Source of the DNA: a virus
Lineage: Duplodnaviria > Caudoviricetes
Length of the DNA stretch: 64,000 nt
Virus record (IMG/VR): IMGVR_UViG_3300020576_005257
Location: 1-64,000 of that record
Strand: one strand, 5' to 3'
In this document: in pieces, positions 30,360-40,161 of the stretch
Layout of the letters: each line of letters opens with the position of its first letter
Position numbering within the stretch: position 1 is the first letter of the stretch
Position numbers and translations under genes: made by a program
The notes under the pieces: model-generated
Seen by the model: only the letters and a program-made list of their open reading frames with translations
Database searches by the model: none
Told to the model about the DNA's origin: nothing

Positions 30360-30389
30360 TCGGAGGTTCGAGTCCTCTCTGAGGCGCCA
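30360..30389 (+). pseudogene. displaced duplicate 3' end of tRNA-Arg with CCA
   Basis: TCGGAGGTTCGAGTCCTCTCTGAGGCGCCA; first 28 nt are 27/28 identical to 29782-29809. Confidence 0.88.
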
Positions 30390-30407
30390 TTTTATTAACA
30401 TCTAAAT

Positions 30408-32463
30408 ATGAAAATACAATTTAGTAAAACAGATTTCTATGATGGAAGTAATTACTTCTATCAGGATAATCGTGGTATATTCATGTGTGCATTTCTTCCA
30501 ATATTTTACAATGATATAGAATTAGTAAAATTTTACTTAGATAGTATTAAAAGATTTCCTTTAGCTATTTATAGTTCTATTTTAGAACAATATGAAGAGT
30601 ATTAAATTTTATATGAAATACTGGGATGCTGATTGGTATGTAGATAAAGGTTGGTTCTTTAGATATGATTCTATTGGATTTCATATTGATACTATGAGTA
30701 CCATTAGAGTCTTTTATAGGGCAATAACAATTCCAGCCCTTCGTTATTGTCCTACTTTAGAAGAATTTAAGTAATATTATGTTTCAACACTTCTTCTTTG
30801 AGTTTAACACTATTTCTTTCTCTTATGATGTATTGAACTTTTTTATGAGAAGTTATCCTGATTTTGGTGATATTATTCCTTATAGTTACCATAAAGAAGG
30901 TAGAGTATATTTGCAATCTTATTACTCAGATTTAGAAAACTATGCATAGTTATCATGGTCTTTATCTACCACATGATGATAGAAGATTTGTATATACAAT
31001 CAATAATTTATATGCTGTTCATATTTATTACAATGACTTAAATATTATTAGAATAGCCTTTGTAGATTTATGTAGAGATCAAATTCATTATAACTTTTCA
31101 TTAGAAGAATTTTCACATAAAATATATGAATATTTGTTTCAATAGACTTATTAATTATTCTGGAGTTATACAGTATAACTATACGTCGATACAGATTTGG
31201 CATTATTCTGCTCGCCCTCAAGTTATACAACTTCTTTTAAATACTACTAAAATTGTTTGCTACTATTATCCCCAATTAGAACAATATGAATAAAACTAAA
31301 CCTTCGAGAAAATATATTCGATTTTTCGAATATATTTATGTTAACTTAGGTTTTATTTATCGTTGGGATAATTACCTCCATAATATTCATATTTTTTATG
31401 ATCAAAATGCGAGGATCATTGGTATAAATTTTCCTTATCAAAGTACAATAACTATTTATTATAACTTAACACTAGAAGAGTTCAAAAAGATTTAACCTGT
31501 AATATGAAATTTTTCAACTACAATAATAGTCACTTTTATTATTCTTCAACTGTTTTTACTAGCAGATACACTTCTTATTGTACAATTTGGAAAAGATATA
31601 TTAAAAACCCTAATTACTCTGAAAGAGTTATATATCATTATTCTTTAGAAGATTTTAATTCACTGCCACCTGTTCCTGGTATAATTTTATGGTTGCCAAA
31701 AACTGTTCATAAACTTCTACAAGCTTATAGAGAGAAATATGAAAGTTGAAATAGAAGTAGTATCGTCCAATACTTATGAGTACCACTATAAGAAACCACA
31801 AACTCACATTACAGCCTGTGTTGGCGATATTAAAGAATGCGTATATTTAGATTTCACAAAAAATTTGGGTGCTGGTTTTAAGAATTCTAAAAGCTTGGAG
31901 TTTGATTATATATTATCTCTAGATGAATTTGTTGAACATGTTTGGATATGAAATATAGTCTCTTTGATTTCAATACGTCTAATGATTGTGGTTTTTGTTA
32001 TAACTCAACAGAAAAATATTTTCAAGTATTTCCTCAATTTTTTGATGTAGATATTATTCGTTTTATAAATAAGAAATACTGTTACTCAACTGTTCTTGAA
32101 CAGTTTATTTTTTTAGATGACTTATAAAATATTTGGAAATAGCTGGCCTTCATTTGACTACTATAAAATTGACTTACTAGATAGTAAGTCAATTTTTGTT
32201 TCTAGAAATAGGAAACATTTCATTTTGTTTACCTTATCTGACCTTTCCTATGATACTGTACTAGAAGAGTTTTATATGATATGAAATACATAAAATTTTT
32301 TGATCAGCTTTTTGTTGAGACTGTTTTTGATTATCGAACTAAAAGTGATTCTAGATTTTATTTAAATATATATCCTAGTGTCACCATTAAAAACTCAATA
32401 AAATTTGAGAAAAACCTAAGTTTTACATATAATTTCTTATTTGAAGAATTTACTTCACCTTAA
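30408..32463 (+). repeat. uninterrupted cluster of 11 YxxxLEEF-family microprotein genes
   Basis: YSSILEQY, YCPTLEEF, YYSDLENY, YNFSLEEF, YYPQLEQY, YNLTLEEF, YHYSLEDF, YILSLDEF, YSTVLEQF, YDTVLEEF, YNFLFEEF. Confidence 0.8.
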
Positions 32464-32866
32464 AAAAACATTTTTGTTAACTTTAAATTATTATTAGGAT
32501 AAAATAAACTACCTTGAAAACTGAGCTACTTAGATCTAAATATACTGAAAGAATCTCTACTCTTGATGATGAAGTAAAGAATGATATCGAAGAATATGTT
32601 AATTCTTTAAGACTACTAAACTCTTTACTTATGTCTGAAACCGGTACTGCTAAGTCAAGAAAACTTAGAAGAAGTATGTGGCATGATGGTAAGACAAGAT
32701 GGTTTCTTGATGATGTTATCGTTGCAAGAGAAATAGTTGCTGTTAATAACCAATATTACTCTTATGAGATTTATGACCCTTATAAAGAACCAAAACAATT
32801 ATGGGTAACTGCTGGAAGTTATAAAGATTTTTGTGAGACTGTTGAAAAGGAATTATTAGAACTAAA

Positions 32867-33595
32867 ATGACAATGCAAACTAGGCCACAATTAGCAGGAT
32901 ATCCACTCATTTCTCAAACTGTTGGACAACTTATAGCAGGTTGCAATTCATTTGAACAGGAAACTACCCTTCATGAACTGCACAAATACTATACTAGTCC
33001 AGGACGGTACTATCATAATTTAACTCATATAGAGAAAATGCTTGGTTCTTTCTTGTATATATGTGAGTATTTTAAACTTAACGTTTCTTGTGAGACACTT
33101 ATAGCAATACTGTTTCATGATGCTGTTTATAGTATCGGAAAAACTGATAATGAGATCAACTCTGCTAAACTTGCTTTAGATTTTATCGTCAAATATAACA
33201 TTCCAGTCAATTCTGTAATTGTTGAAGAATTTATTTTAGCTACTAAGAACCATTTAATACCAGATAACCCAACACTAAAACCTACTAGTCCTTTCGATTG
33301 GTTAATATTAGATCTAGATCTCGAAATTCTTTCATCTAAAAGATCAGACTATGAACAATTTGGTGCTGATATCTATCGTGAGTATAATGGCTCTGAATAT
33401 CCTTCCACTACCAATCCATCTCACATATCTTATGTAAGAGGTAGAATAAGAGTTTTAACTGGTTATGCAAAACGGAAGGAGTTATATACCTCTCTTCCCT
33501 TCTTCCAGAAAGAAGAAACAGCAAAAGCCAATCTTTGGTGGGAAATCAATTATTGGTCTTCATGGTTGAAGCAAGCAGGATTAGCTGTACAATAA
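32867..33595 (+). CDS. HD-superfamily metal-dependent phosphohydrolase
   Basis: RYYHNLTHI, LFHDAVY, DNEINSA, ILATKNH, LDLDL. Confidence 0.85.
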   Translation: MTMQTRPQLAGYPLISQTVGQLIAGCNSFEQETTLHELHKYYTSPGRYYHNLTHIEKMLGSFLYICEYFKLNVSCETLIAILFHDAVYSIGKTDNEINSAKLALDFIVKYNIPVNSVIVEEFILATKNHLIPDNPTLKPTSPFDWLILDLDLEILSSKRSDYEQFGADIYREYNGSEYPSTTNPSHISYVRGRIRVLTGYAKRKELYTSLPFFQKEETAKANLWWEINYWSSWLKQAGLAVQ

Positions 33596-33608
33596 AAAAC
33601 TAGTAACA

Positions 33609-34022
33609 ATGGAAAAAGAAAAAATGATTTTTGTGTTTGATTCTAATTTAAAGGGTGTCGAAAGTAAAGGCAATGCCCAAATAGCTCGGGAACACTTCGG
33701 TGCTGATCCTAAGGTAGTTACTGGGCGTTCTGGTAACTCTTATGCTATTCCTACCAAGGATAAGCATCTTGCTACTCTTAACGTCGATAGAATTATGCCC
33801 TATGTTGAGGAGTTTAAGGAATATGCTAAAGCAAATCCTGATACTACTTTTATAGTTACAAAAATTGGTACTGGTTTACTAGGTCATTATGATCAAGCAA
33901 TAGCTACTTTATTTAAAGGAGCACCTAGAAACTGTTCTTTTCACTTTACTTGGAAACCATTTCTCACTACTGAAAATGATCCTTTTAAAGGTGATTACAA
34001 CTACTATTCTAAAATAGCATAA
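33609..34022 (+). CDS. conserved phage protein (FVFxSN...SYAIPT family, macro-like fold)
   Basis: IFVFDSNLKG, GNSYAIPTK, FIVTKIGTGL. Confidence 0.7.
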   Translation: MEKEKMIFVFDSNLKGVESKGNAQIAREHFGADPKVVTGRSGNSYAIPTKDKHLATLNVDRIMPYVEEFKEYAKANPDTTFIVTKIGTGLLGHYDQAIATLFKGAPRNCSFHFTWKPFLTTENDPFKGDYNYYSKIA

Positions 34023-34735
34023 TGATTAAAATACAGAGAGTTGGGGATATTCCTGTATTTCTTATCACCGATCAACATCTTTACCACGATAACATCAGAA
34101 AGTTTGAAGGTAGACCAGAAAACTTTGAAGCTACAATTTTAAAGTCTTTATCTAAACTACCTGAAGAGTCTATTTTAATAGACCTTGGCGATATTATCTT
34201 TGGTGACAAAACTGAAGATCTAAAGAAGTTTATATCCGTATGTCCTAGTAGAACTAAGGTTCTATGTATAGGTAACCATGATCGCAAAAGCTACTCGGCT
34301 TATTTAAGAGCGGGGTATAATTTTGTATGCGAGCATTTTTACTGGCCGGGGATTCTTTTCAGTCATAGGCCTATAGCTAGAGAATACTGGCCAGAAGGAT
34401 GTAGGTATAATATCCATGGTCATCTTCATACTAACTATAACCATTATGGTATTTATGGTAATCCTAAAAAGCATGAGGGGCATTTATTAATAGCTCTGGA
34501 AGATATGGGTTATAAAGTTAAACATATTAATGAGATTTTAACTCACCAATTTGGAATTGATTTTATAACTCCTAAGTTTAATCCGACTAAATGGATGATA
34601 TGCCTAGATTCAGACCGACACGTTTTGTACCGCGATCAGCCATATGATACTTATGCTGAAGCTAATAAAACAGCTAAAGAGTTAACTAAAACTCTTGGTC
34701 AAAAATATGTAATTTTTGATATCCCGGCAGAATAG
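34022..34735 (+). CDS. calcineurin-like metallophosphoesterase
   Basis: TDQH, LGD, GNHD, FSH, HGHLH. Confidence 0.9.
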   Translation: MIKIQRVGDIPVFLITDQHLYHDNIRKFEGRPENFEATILKSLSKLPEESILIDLGDIIFGDKTEDLKKFISVCPSRTKVLCIGNHDRKSYSAYLRAGYNFVCEHFYWPGILFSHRPIAREYWPEGCRYNIHGHLHTNYNHYGIYGNPKKHEGHLLIALEDMGYKVKHINEILTHQFGIDFITPKFNPTKWMICLDSDRHVLYRDQPYDTYAEANKTAKELTKTLGQKYVIFDIPAE

Positions 34736-34762
34736 TCTGCCCAACTAGTTAAACTAAGGGAG

Positions 34763-35197
34763 GTGAGTACTATGTACTTTACTTTAATATTAAGTATGCT
34801 TATTCCTACATATGTTCAGGAAGCACAACTTACAACTAAACTTACAGGCAGAGAGCCTGTAGTTATTCGTAAAGAGAAGGTGAAAAAAGTAGTTTTGCAA
34901 GCTGCTGCCGTCTCAAAAACCAAAACTGCTCTAGTCATCAAGAAAGATACTAAGCAGATTTATGCTATATTGGAGATTGTTAAGAAAGAATCTACTTACA
35001 ATCCATATGCACAAAACCCATCTTCAACTTCATCCGGTTTAAACGGATTTTTGAATAGTACTTGGAAGGGTGTAGACTTGAAAAAAAGCTATGATCCTTT
35101 AGTACAAATGGAAGCTATGTTTCGATATATTGATAATCGATATAAAGGCTACCCAACCCATGCTTTGACCTTTCATATTAGAAATGGATGGTATTAG
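34763..35197 (+). CDS. lytic transglycosylase (SLT-like) with N-terminal signal/anchor
   Basis: KESTYNPYAQNPSSTSSGL..F, YIDNRY, GWY C-terminus. Confidence 0.8.
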   Translation: MSTMYFTLILSMLIPTYVQEAQLTTKLTGREPVVIRKEKVKKVVLQAAAVSKTKTALVIKKDTKQIYAILEIVKKESTYNPYAQNPSSTSSGLNGFLNSTWKGVDLKKSYDPLVQMEAMFRYIDNRYKGYPTHALTFHIRNGWY

Positions 35198-35580
35198 AAA
35201 CAAAAATAAATGAACTATCTTTTGTTGCCTGAACAGGCTAACCTGCTTAAGAATAAATTAGAAAAACTAATTAAAGAACATAAATTTGAGATTTTATGTC
35301 TTGATAATCCTCCACCCAGTACATGGGTTAAAGTAGGAGCTGGTTTATTCTCGTATACCCTTTGGGATCTACTAATCTTTCCTGACGTAGTTAAGGATAA
35401 ATTAGTAAATGATATAGTTAATCTAAAAAACCAATTTGGTAATAACATTGGTTGTTACGCTTTGGATCCTGTTGACTTTGAAGGTGTCGTATTCAAATTT
35501 GAGTGTTATAGGCAAATTACTCAAAAAGATCGATTTTCTCCAGAAAAGGAGATAGGTAAAAAGAAAACTTATCACTCTAG

Positions 35581-35928
35581 GTGAAATATATGTTTAGTGC
35601 TTCTAATCCTGATTCTTCGATACCCGTGAACTTTGACTTTCCTCTTTGTGGTTTGGAAAATGACATTCCTGATAAACTATTTTTAGTAGTAAGAATGCCC
35701 AATTTTCTAGCTACCAAAGCTCATGATCATAAGATCATGCTTCCTTGTTTTCAAAGCGAGGAGCTAGGAAAAGATTATGTAGCCAACGAGTATCCAAGAC
35801 ATCAAGAACAATTTCACTTTACTGAAGTTAGTTTTGAAGATGCAAGACAAATCGCAAAAAACTTAAAACAAACAGTAGCATTGTTGGTATATAACAAAGA
35901 AGGTCAAACAATCCATTATGTCAAGTAA
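35581..35928 (+). CDS. hypothetical protein, paralog of 15799..16167
   Basis: shared FExARxIA and IHYVK. Confidence 0.65.
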   Translation: MKYMFSASNPDSSIPVNFDFPLCGLENDIPDKLFLVVRMPNFLATKAHDHKIMLPCFQSEELGKDYVANEYPRHQEQFHFTEVSFEDARQIAKNLKQTVALLVYNKEGQTIHYVK

Positions 35929-36290
35929 AACAGAAAAAGCACCATTACTACAGAAGAAGAAAGATAACTTCTATACTCTTCTATACAATCCAGGATTCGG
36001 TCCTCTCTTCCCAGAACAAGACACTTTGTTTTTGTTTAAGGAAGCTATGGAAAGTAATGAGCCTGATTATGCCCATATTTATGAAGAAATTCAGCCTGGT
36101 GATCAGATCCTGGTAGAGCTGGATTTAGAGCATGAGTTTGTTAAGCAAATTCTGGCAACTGGTGCTGAAAGCTTTGTGAACTATGTTCCAACTGTCTATG
36201 TCTTTAATACTGCTAAATCTCCTGATCCTGAGATTAATCTAAAAGCTGCAAGGAGATGCGTTTAAGCATCTAAGAAGGAAATTAGAAAAA

Positions 36291-36707
36291 ATGAATAAAT
36301 TTATTATTCTGGCGTTTGCTCTAGCAGTTAGTACAACTGCTATGGCCACTTCTACTAAGACTGATACAAGTCTTAATCTGAAACTTAGTTCGTTCACCGA
36401 ACTTGATAAGGGTCATCGAACATCTATCGGACTTACTTTAGATGTAGCTCGATATGATCGATTCTCAGCTGGCTTGTTTGCTGGCTTTGATTCTGATGTT
36501 TGGTTGAATACACTAAGAAATCCAGGACAGAAGAACTGGTTTGACGGTCAGTCAGCTAGTGTTGGCCCAGTAATTAGCTACACAGTTGGTCAATGGGGAA
36601 ATCTCTCAGTTGATCTTGCTGGAGGGTATCTTGGAACTATGAGAACTCTTGAAATTCCAAAACACGGTAAGTGGGTTGCTGGGGTTTCTTTGGGCTTTAA
36701 GTTTTAA
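36291..36707 (+). CDS. putative small outer-membrane beta-barrel protein
   Basis: Sec signal peptide (AMA-T), alternating amphipathic strands, C-terminal VAGVSLGFKF beta-signal. Confidence 0.6.
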   Translation: MNKFIILAFALAVSTTAMATSTKTDTSLNLKLSSFTELDKGHRTSIGLTLDVARYDRFSAGLFAGFDSDVWLNTLRNPGQKNWFDGQSASVGPVISYTVGQWGNLSVDLAGGYLGTMRTLEIPKHGKWVAGVSLGFKF

Positions 36708-36724
36708 TAACTAGGTACGTGACC

Positions 36725-36764
36725 ATGGGGGTTAGCCTAATAAGCTTCCCCCATTATTTTTTTT
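36725..36764 (+). terminator. intrinsic terminator
   Basis: ATGGGGG...CCCCCAT stem then T8. Confidence 0.7.
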
Positions 36765-37015
36765 GCTTCTATGTCAATTTTTATACCCCTCTCTAACATA
36801 CACCTCGTAAAAGCTGAAGGTATATATCAGATTTTTGAGGGATCTAATCCTATTCAAGGAACTAAACATAGAAATGAAGAATTTGCTTTACAAGATTTAG
36901 AGACTTTCACAGAGTTTGCTTCTAATAAACAAGCATTTTCTAGAGCTAAAGATTCTAATGACCCTATAGTCAGATTATCTGTAAAGACTTGGCAGAATCA
37001 CCTTAATAGGTTTTA

Positions 37016-37032
37016 TAAAAACTAACTATGGT
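37016..37032 (+). promoter_or_regulatory. TAAAAAC-N4-TATGGT motif
   Basis: TAAAAAC-TAAC-TATGGT upstream of HTH gene. Confidence 0.5.
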
Positions 37033-37074
37033 TAGCTCCTCGCTAACTGTCCATTTATGGAGTTAATTTAATTT

Positions 37075-37551
37075 ATGTCAACAAATAATGATATTCTTGA
37101 ACAATACGGGGCAGCAATTTACAATGCAATGAATGCCAGAAACATTACTCTGGCTCAGATGGCCTTCTTGACCAAGACCTCACCTCGAAGCTTCGCTAGA
37201 GTGAGAGATGGTGAAGTCGCACCGCCAGCAGCAGTTATTGAGATTGTTAATAACATCTTCAATGATAAGTCCATCGCTAAGCTCGGTCAGCAGATCGTAA
37301 CTCAATATGGGGAGAAAGGATCTTCCAGAACTCCTATGGGTAGTAGATCTAGTTATGCAACTAGAGTAGCACACAAGTTTGCTGATACTGCTTACATTGC
37401 CAATACAAGTAATTCTCTTCCTTTCGATGCTCATAAAGTAGCTAGTATTCTAGGTGTTAACTATAACAAGTTAATCTTGGCTATTACACAAGCTACTGAG
37501 GCAGTTGGAAAGAAGATTACTGAAGTAACTAGAGTCAATACTAGTCGCTAA
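37075..37551 (+). CDS. XRE-type HTH DNA-binding protein
   Basis: RNITLAQMAFLTKTSPRSFARVRDGEVAPP. Confidence 0.65.
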   Translation: MSTNNDILEQYGAAIYNAMNARNITLAQMAFLTKTSPRSFARVRDGEVAPPAAVIEIVNNIFNDKSIAKLGQQIVTQYGEKGSSRTPMGSRSSYATRVAHKFADTAYIANTSNSLPFDAHKVASILGVNYNKLILAITQATEAVGKKITEVTRVNTSR

Positions 37552-37559
37552 AAAAACCT

Positions 37560-37589
37560 TGGTTGGGGTAGGTTTACTTGCCCCAACCA
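37560..37589 (+). other. intergenic hairpin
   Basis: TGGTTGGGGTAGG-TTTA-CTTGCCCCAACCA. Confidence 0.6.
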
Positions 37590-37605
37590 GATTAGGAAAT
37601 GCCCT

Positions 37606-38286
37606 ATGAACAACCCAAAAATTAAAGTTAACGTGACCAATGCAAAACGGCTCCGAGCTGCTATCCAAGATCCTGCTCATGAAGCATCTTTACCAGCTAA
37701 TCAGGCAGGTTTTATTGCAGAAGCTTACAAAGAAGCTGACAAGACTGTAGAACCTGTACCAAATACTCCTGAGGTTGCTACTCCAGTTTCTGATCCCAGA
37801 TATGACCAATTGCTTCAACAACTGTTAGCTTTAACAGCTTTGCCCATAGCTTCCACTACTAAGATTCCCATTGATCCTAAAGGTACTACTAAAACTTTAG
37901 CTGAGATCTTTATTGATCTTATTTCAGGACGATCAGTTATGGTGGTTGATCTGGAAATGGAAGTAGCTAAGAAGGCCACTACTAATAAGGACATCACTGA
38001 AGGACTTATTAACAATTCTCCTTTCTATAGTCAGAAGACTCTAGAAGAGATTGCTACAATGATGATTGAATCTGGTCTTGTAGAACCAGGTTCTAGTATT
38101 GAAATTGTAGACCCACTAGCTACTTATTTAAGGCCTACTGCTGAATCTATTGCAGTAGCTGGTAAGTTTACAGAGATGATGAACAATAAGTGGCCTTCTT
38201 TTGCTGCTGATGGTATTGATATTTTCTCATATTCATTAGCACAGATGGGAACTTATTTACAAGAAAAGGGCTACAAACCGAAGTAA
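37606..38286 (+). CDS. hypothetical protein
   Basis: 226-aa ORF. Confidence 0.65.
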   Translation: MNNPKIKVNVTNAKRLRAAIQDPAHEASLPANQAGFIAEAYKEADKTVEPVPNTPEVATPVSDPRYDQLLQQLLALTALPIASTTKIPIDPKGTTKTLAEIFIDLISGRSVMVVDLEMEVAKKATTNKDITEGLINNSPFYSQKTLEEIATMMIESGLVEPGSSIEIVDPLATYLRPTAESIAVAGKFTEMMNNKWPSFAADGIDIFSYSLAQMGTYLQEKGYKPK

Positions 38287-38347
38287 AGATTAGGGGGAAT
38301 TTAAAAACTTTATTGGTGTAACAACCAGAGGTTTATAAGATAGAAAA

Positions 38348-38872
38348 ATGTCAGTAATTCCCCCAAAATCAAATTATTATTTTAGGCCAAAAGATGGACA
38401 ATTCCAGGTTTGGCCTACTGATAAGTATGGTGAAACAGCTGCTGTTGTAACTGGAGTACTTTTAGGTGTCTGTTTAAGGCAAGATGAAGGTACTCCTAAG
38501 CAAAAAGGAAAAGTAGCTGTAGAGCCTTACACCTCTTTTGAAGTATCACTTAAGGATCCAGAGAAAAATGAATATTATGTGATTAAGTCAAAGAGTACAA
38601 TCAACTTCTCAAAGTTTCTTTGTTCAGCATTAGTGAACATAGAACCAGGAACTCCTCTTCAAATTAGTGTTAGACCTGGTACAGAGCAACCTAAAGTTAC
38701 TCTAGTACAAGTTCATGCTCAGTATGAAGATAACGGTCCTTGGCAAATTATTCTTTCTAACAGATTTGAAGGCGATCAAGATGAATTTCTTGAAATGGTT
38801 AAGAATCTTCCAGCCTATAAAGAATGGACAAAGAAAGAAGAAACACCAGCAGTTGAACTAACAGAAGGTTAA
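38348..38872 (+). CDS. possible OB-fold ssDNA-binding protein
   Basis: beta-rich pattern with acidic C-terminal tail; weak. Confidence 0.35.
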   Translation: MSVIPPKSNYYFRPKDGQFQVWPTDKYGETAAVVTGVLLGVCLRQDEGTPKQKGKVAVEPYTSFEVSLKDPEKNEYYVIKSKSTINFSKFLCSALVNIEPGTPLQISVRPGTEQPKVTLVQVHAQYEDNGPWQIILSNRFEGDQDEFLEMVKNLPAYKEWTKKEETPAVELTEG

Positions 38873-38903
38873 ATAAAGGGGTCTACCTGCCCCTACCACT
38901 ACT

Positions 38904-39539
38904 ATGAGAATATACCACGGAGCTATTAGAGCATCAAAGGATTTAGATTTGACTAATCCCCTAGACAAAGACTTTGATGATCTTTGTAAATATTTAAAAG
39001 TTTTCTTTCCTGTAAACTTTATACCTAAACAATGTACCATTGAGTTTTATGATGATGTCTTGTTTCGAAGACCAGAGATCTTTACTTTAACCAGACAGAT
39101 TCCAGCTAAATACTTTGATTATGGATACATTGAAATTTATAAGGGTCTTGCTTACTGCATATATTTTCCTGATCAGGAAAATTTAACTATATATACTGTA
39201 CATAAATCTACTTATGTAAACTATTTGCAATCTCTGAAAGGAGAGTTTGATTTAGAAGAGTGTATTAATAGACTACCTAAGGATAATGATTGGATTTTTC
39301 TTTGTTCTAATTACTGTGAGACTTTAACAGGAACTGGGAATAAGATACATCCTTGTCCTCAAAGTTATCCTAGATCATTCCCCCTTTATTGTCAAACTAC
39401 TTTCTATAGAAAACTAGTTGCTTATGGTATTACTGCTAAAGGTATGAGATCTGTAATGACAATAATGAAAGAAACAGATAATAAAGTTTTAAACAAAACT
39501 GAAATACTTCCTGGAAAATCTGATTATTTTATGAAATAA
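38904..39539 (+). CDS. conserved-Cys paralog family, member 1
   Basis: YKGLAY..DWIFLCSNYCE..P..YCQTT. Confidence 0.75.
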   Translation: MRIYHGAIRASKDLDLTNPLDKDFDDLCKYLKVFFPVNFIPKQCTIEFYDDVLFRRPEIFTLTRQIPAKYFDYGYIEIYKGLAYCIYFPDQENLTIYTVHKSTYVNYLQSLKGEFDLEECINRLPKDNDWIFLCSNYCETLTGTGNKIHPCPQSYPRSFPLYCQTTFYRKLVAYGITAKGMRSVMTIMKETDNKVLNKTEILPGKSDYFMK

Positions 39540-39543
39540 AAAT

Positions 39544-40161
39544 ATGGATATGTATCACGGTGAGATTGTTGAAAAATTTTCTTTGGATTTAAATAATCCA
39601 ATAGATAAAAGTTTCCAGGAGCTTTGTTCATTTTTAGGTAATATATTCAAAGCAGAACAAACATTATCTAGAGTTCAAATCATTTTTTCTGATAGTGTTT
39701 TAGATGGGGAAGATTTTACAGAATTACGAAGAATTCCCTTCTCAAAACATGATGCTGAAGGTTATGGTTTAATCTTTGCTGGCACAGCATATGGTTTGAA
39801 ATTTACTCAATCAGCTATTTGTGCTTATGCAGTACACAAGCTACATTATAAAACCTACTTAGAATCTTTTGACGATCTTAATGTAGAGGAATTAATGTCT
39901 ATCTTACCTAAAGATAGTGACTGGGTTTTTCTAGCTGGAAATTACTGTGAGGTATTAAGAGGTAGCGAGGATGAAGTTTATCCCTGCCCAATGTCAAATC
40001 CTATCTCCTTCCCAGTATATTGTCAGACTACCTTATTAAGAAAACTATCAACTTGTGGTATTAAATCTACAGGACTTTCTTCAGTTATGCACATTTATGA
40101 TAGTGATGATGAATTAGTTAAAACTGAAGTTGAACCTGGGTTTAATGACAATTTTTGGTAA
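39544..40161 (+). CDS. conserved-Cys paralog family, member 2
   Basis: FAGTAY..DWVFLAGNYCE..P..YCQTT. Confidence 0.75.
   Translation: MDMYHGEIVEKFSLDLNNPIDKSFQELCSFLGNIFKAEQTLSRVQIIFSDSVLDGEDFTELRRIPFSKHDAEGYGLIFAGTAYGLKFTQSAICAYAVHKLHYKTYLESFDDLNVEELMSILPKDSDWVFLAGNYCEVLRGSEDEVYPCPMSNPISFPVYCQTTLLRKLSTCGIKSTGLSSVMHIYDSDDELVKTEVEPGFNDNFW

Noticed and set aside
29782-30389. attL/attR of an integrase-mediated island
   Set aside because: No integrase in the window and only an HNH lies between the repeats
10691-32463. CRISPR array or DGR as the source of the microprotein diversity
   Set aside because: No DNA-level direct repeats, no template/variable repeat pair and no reverse transcriptase seen; similarity is only at protein-motif level
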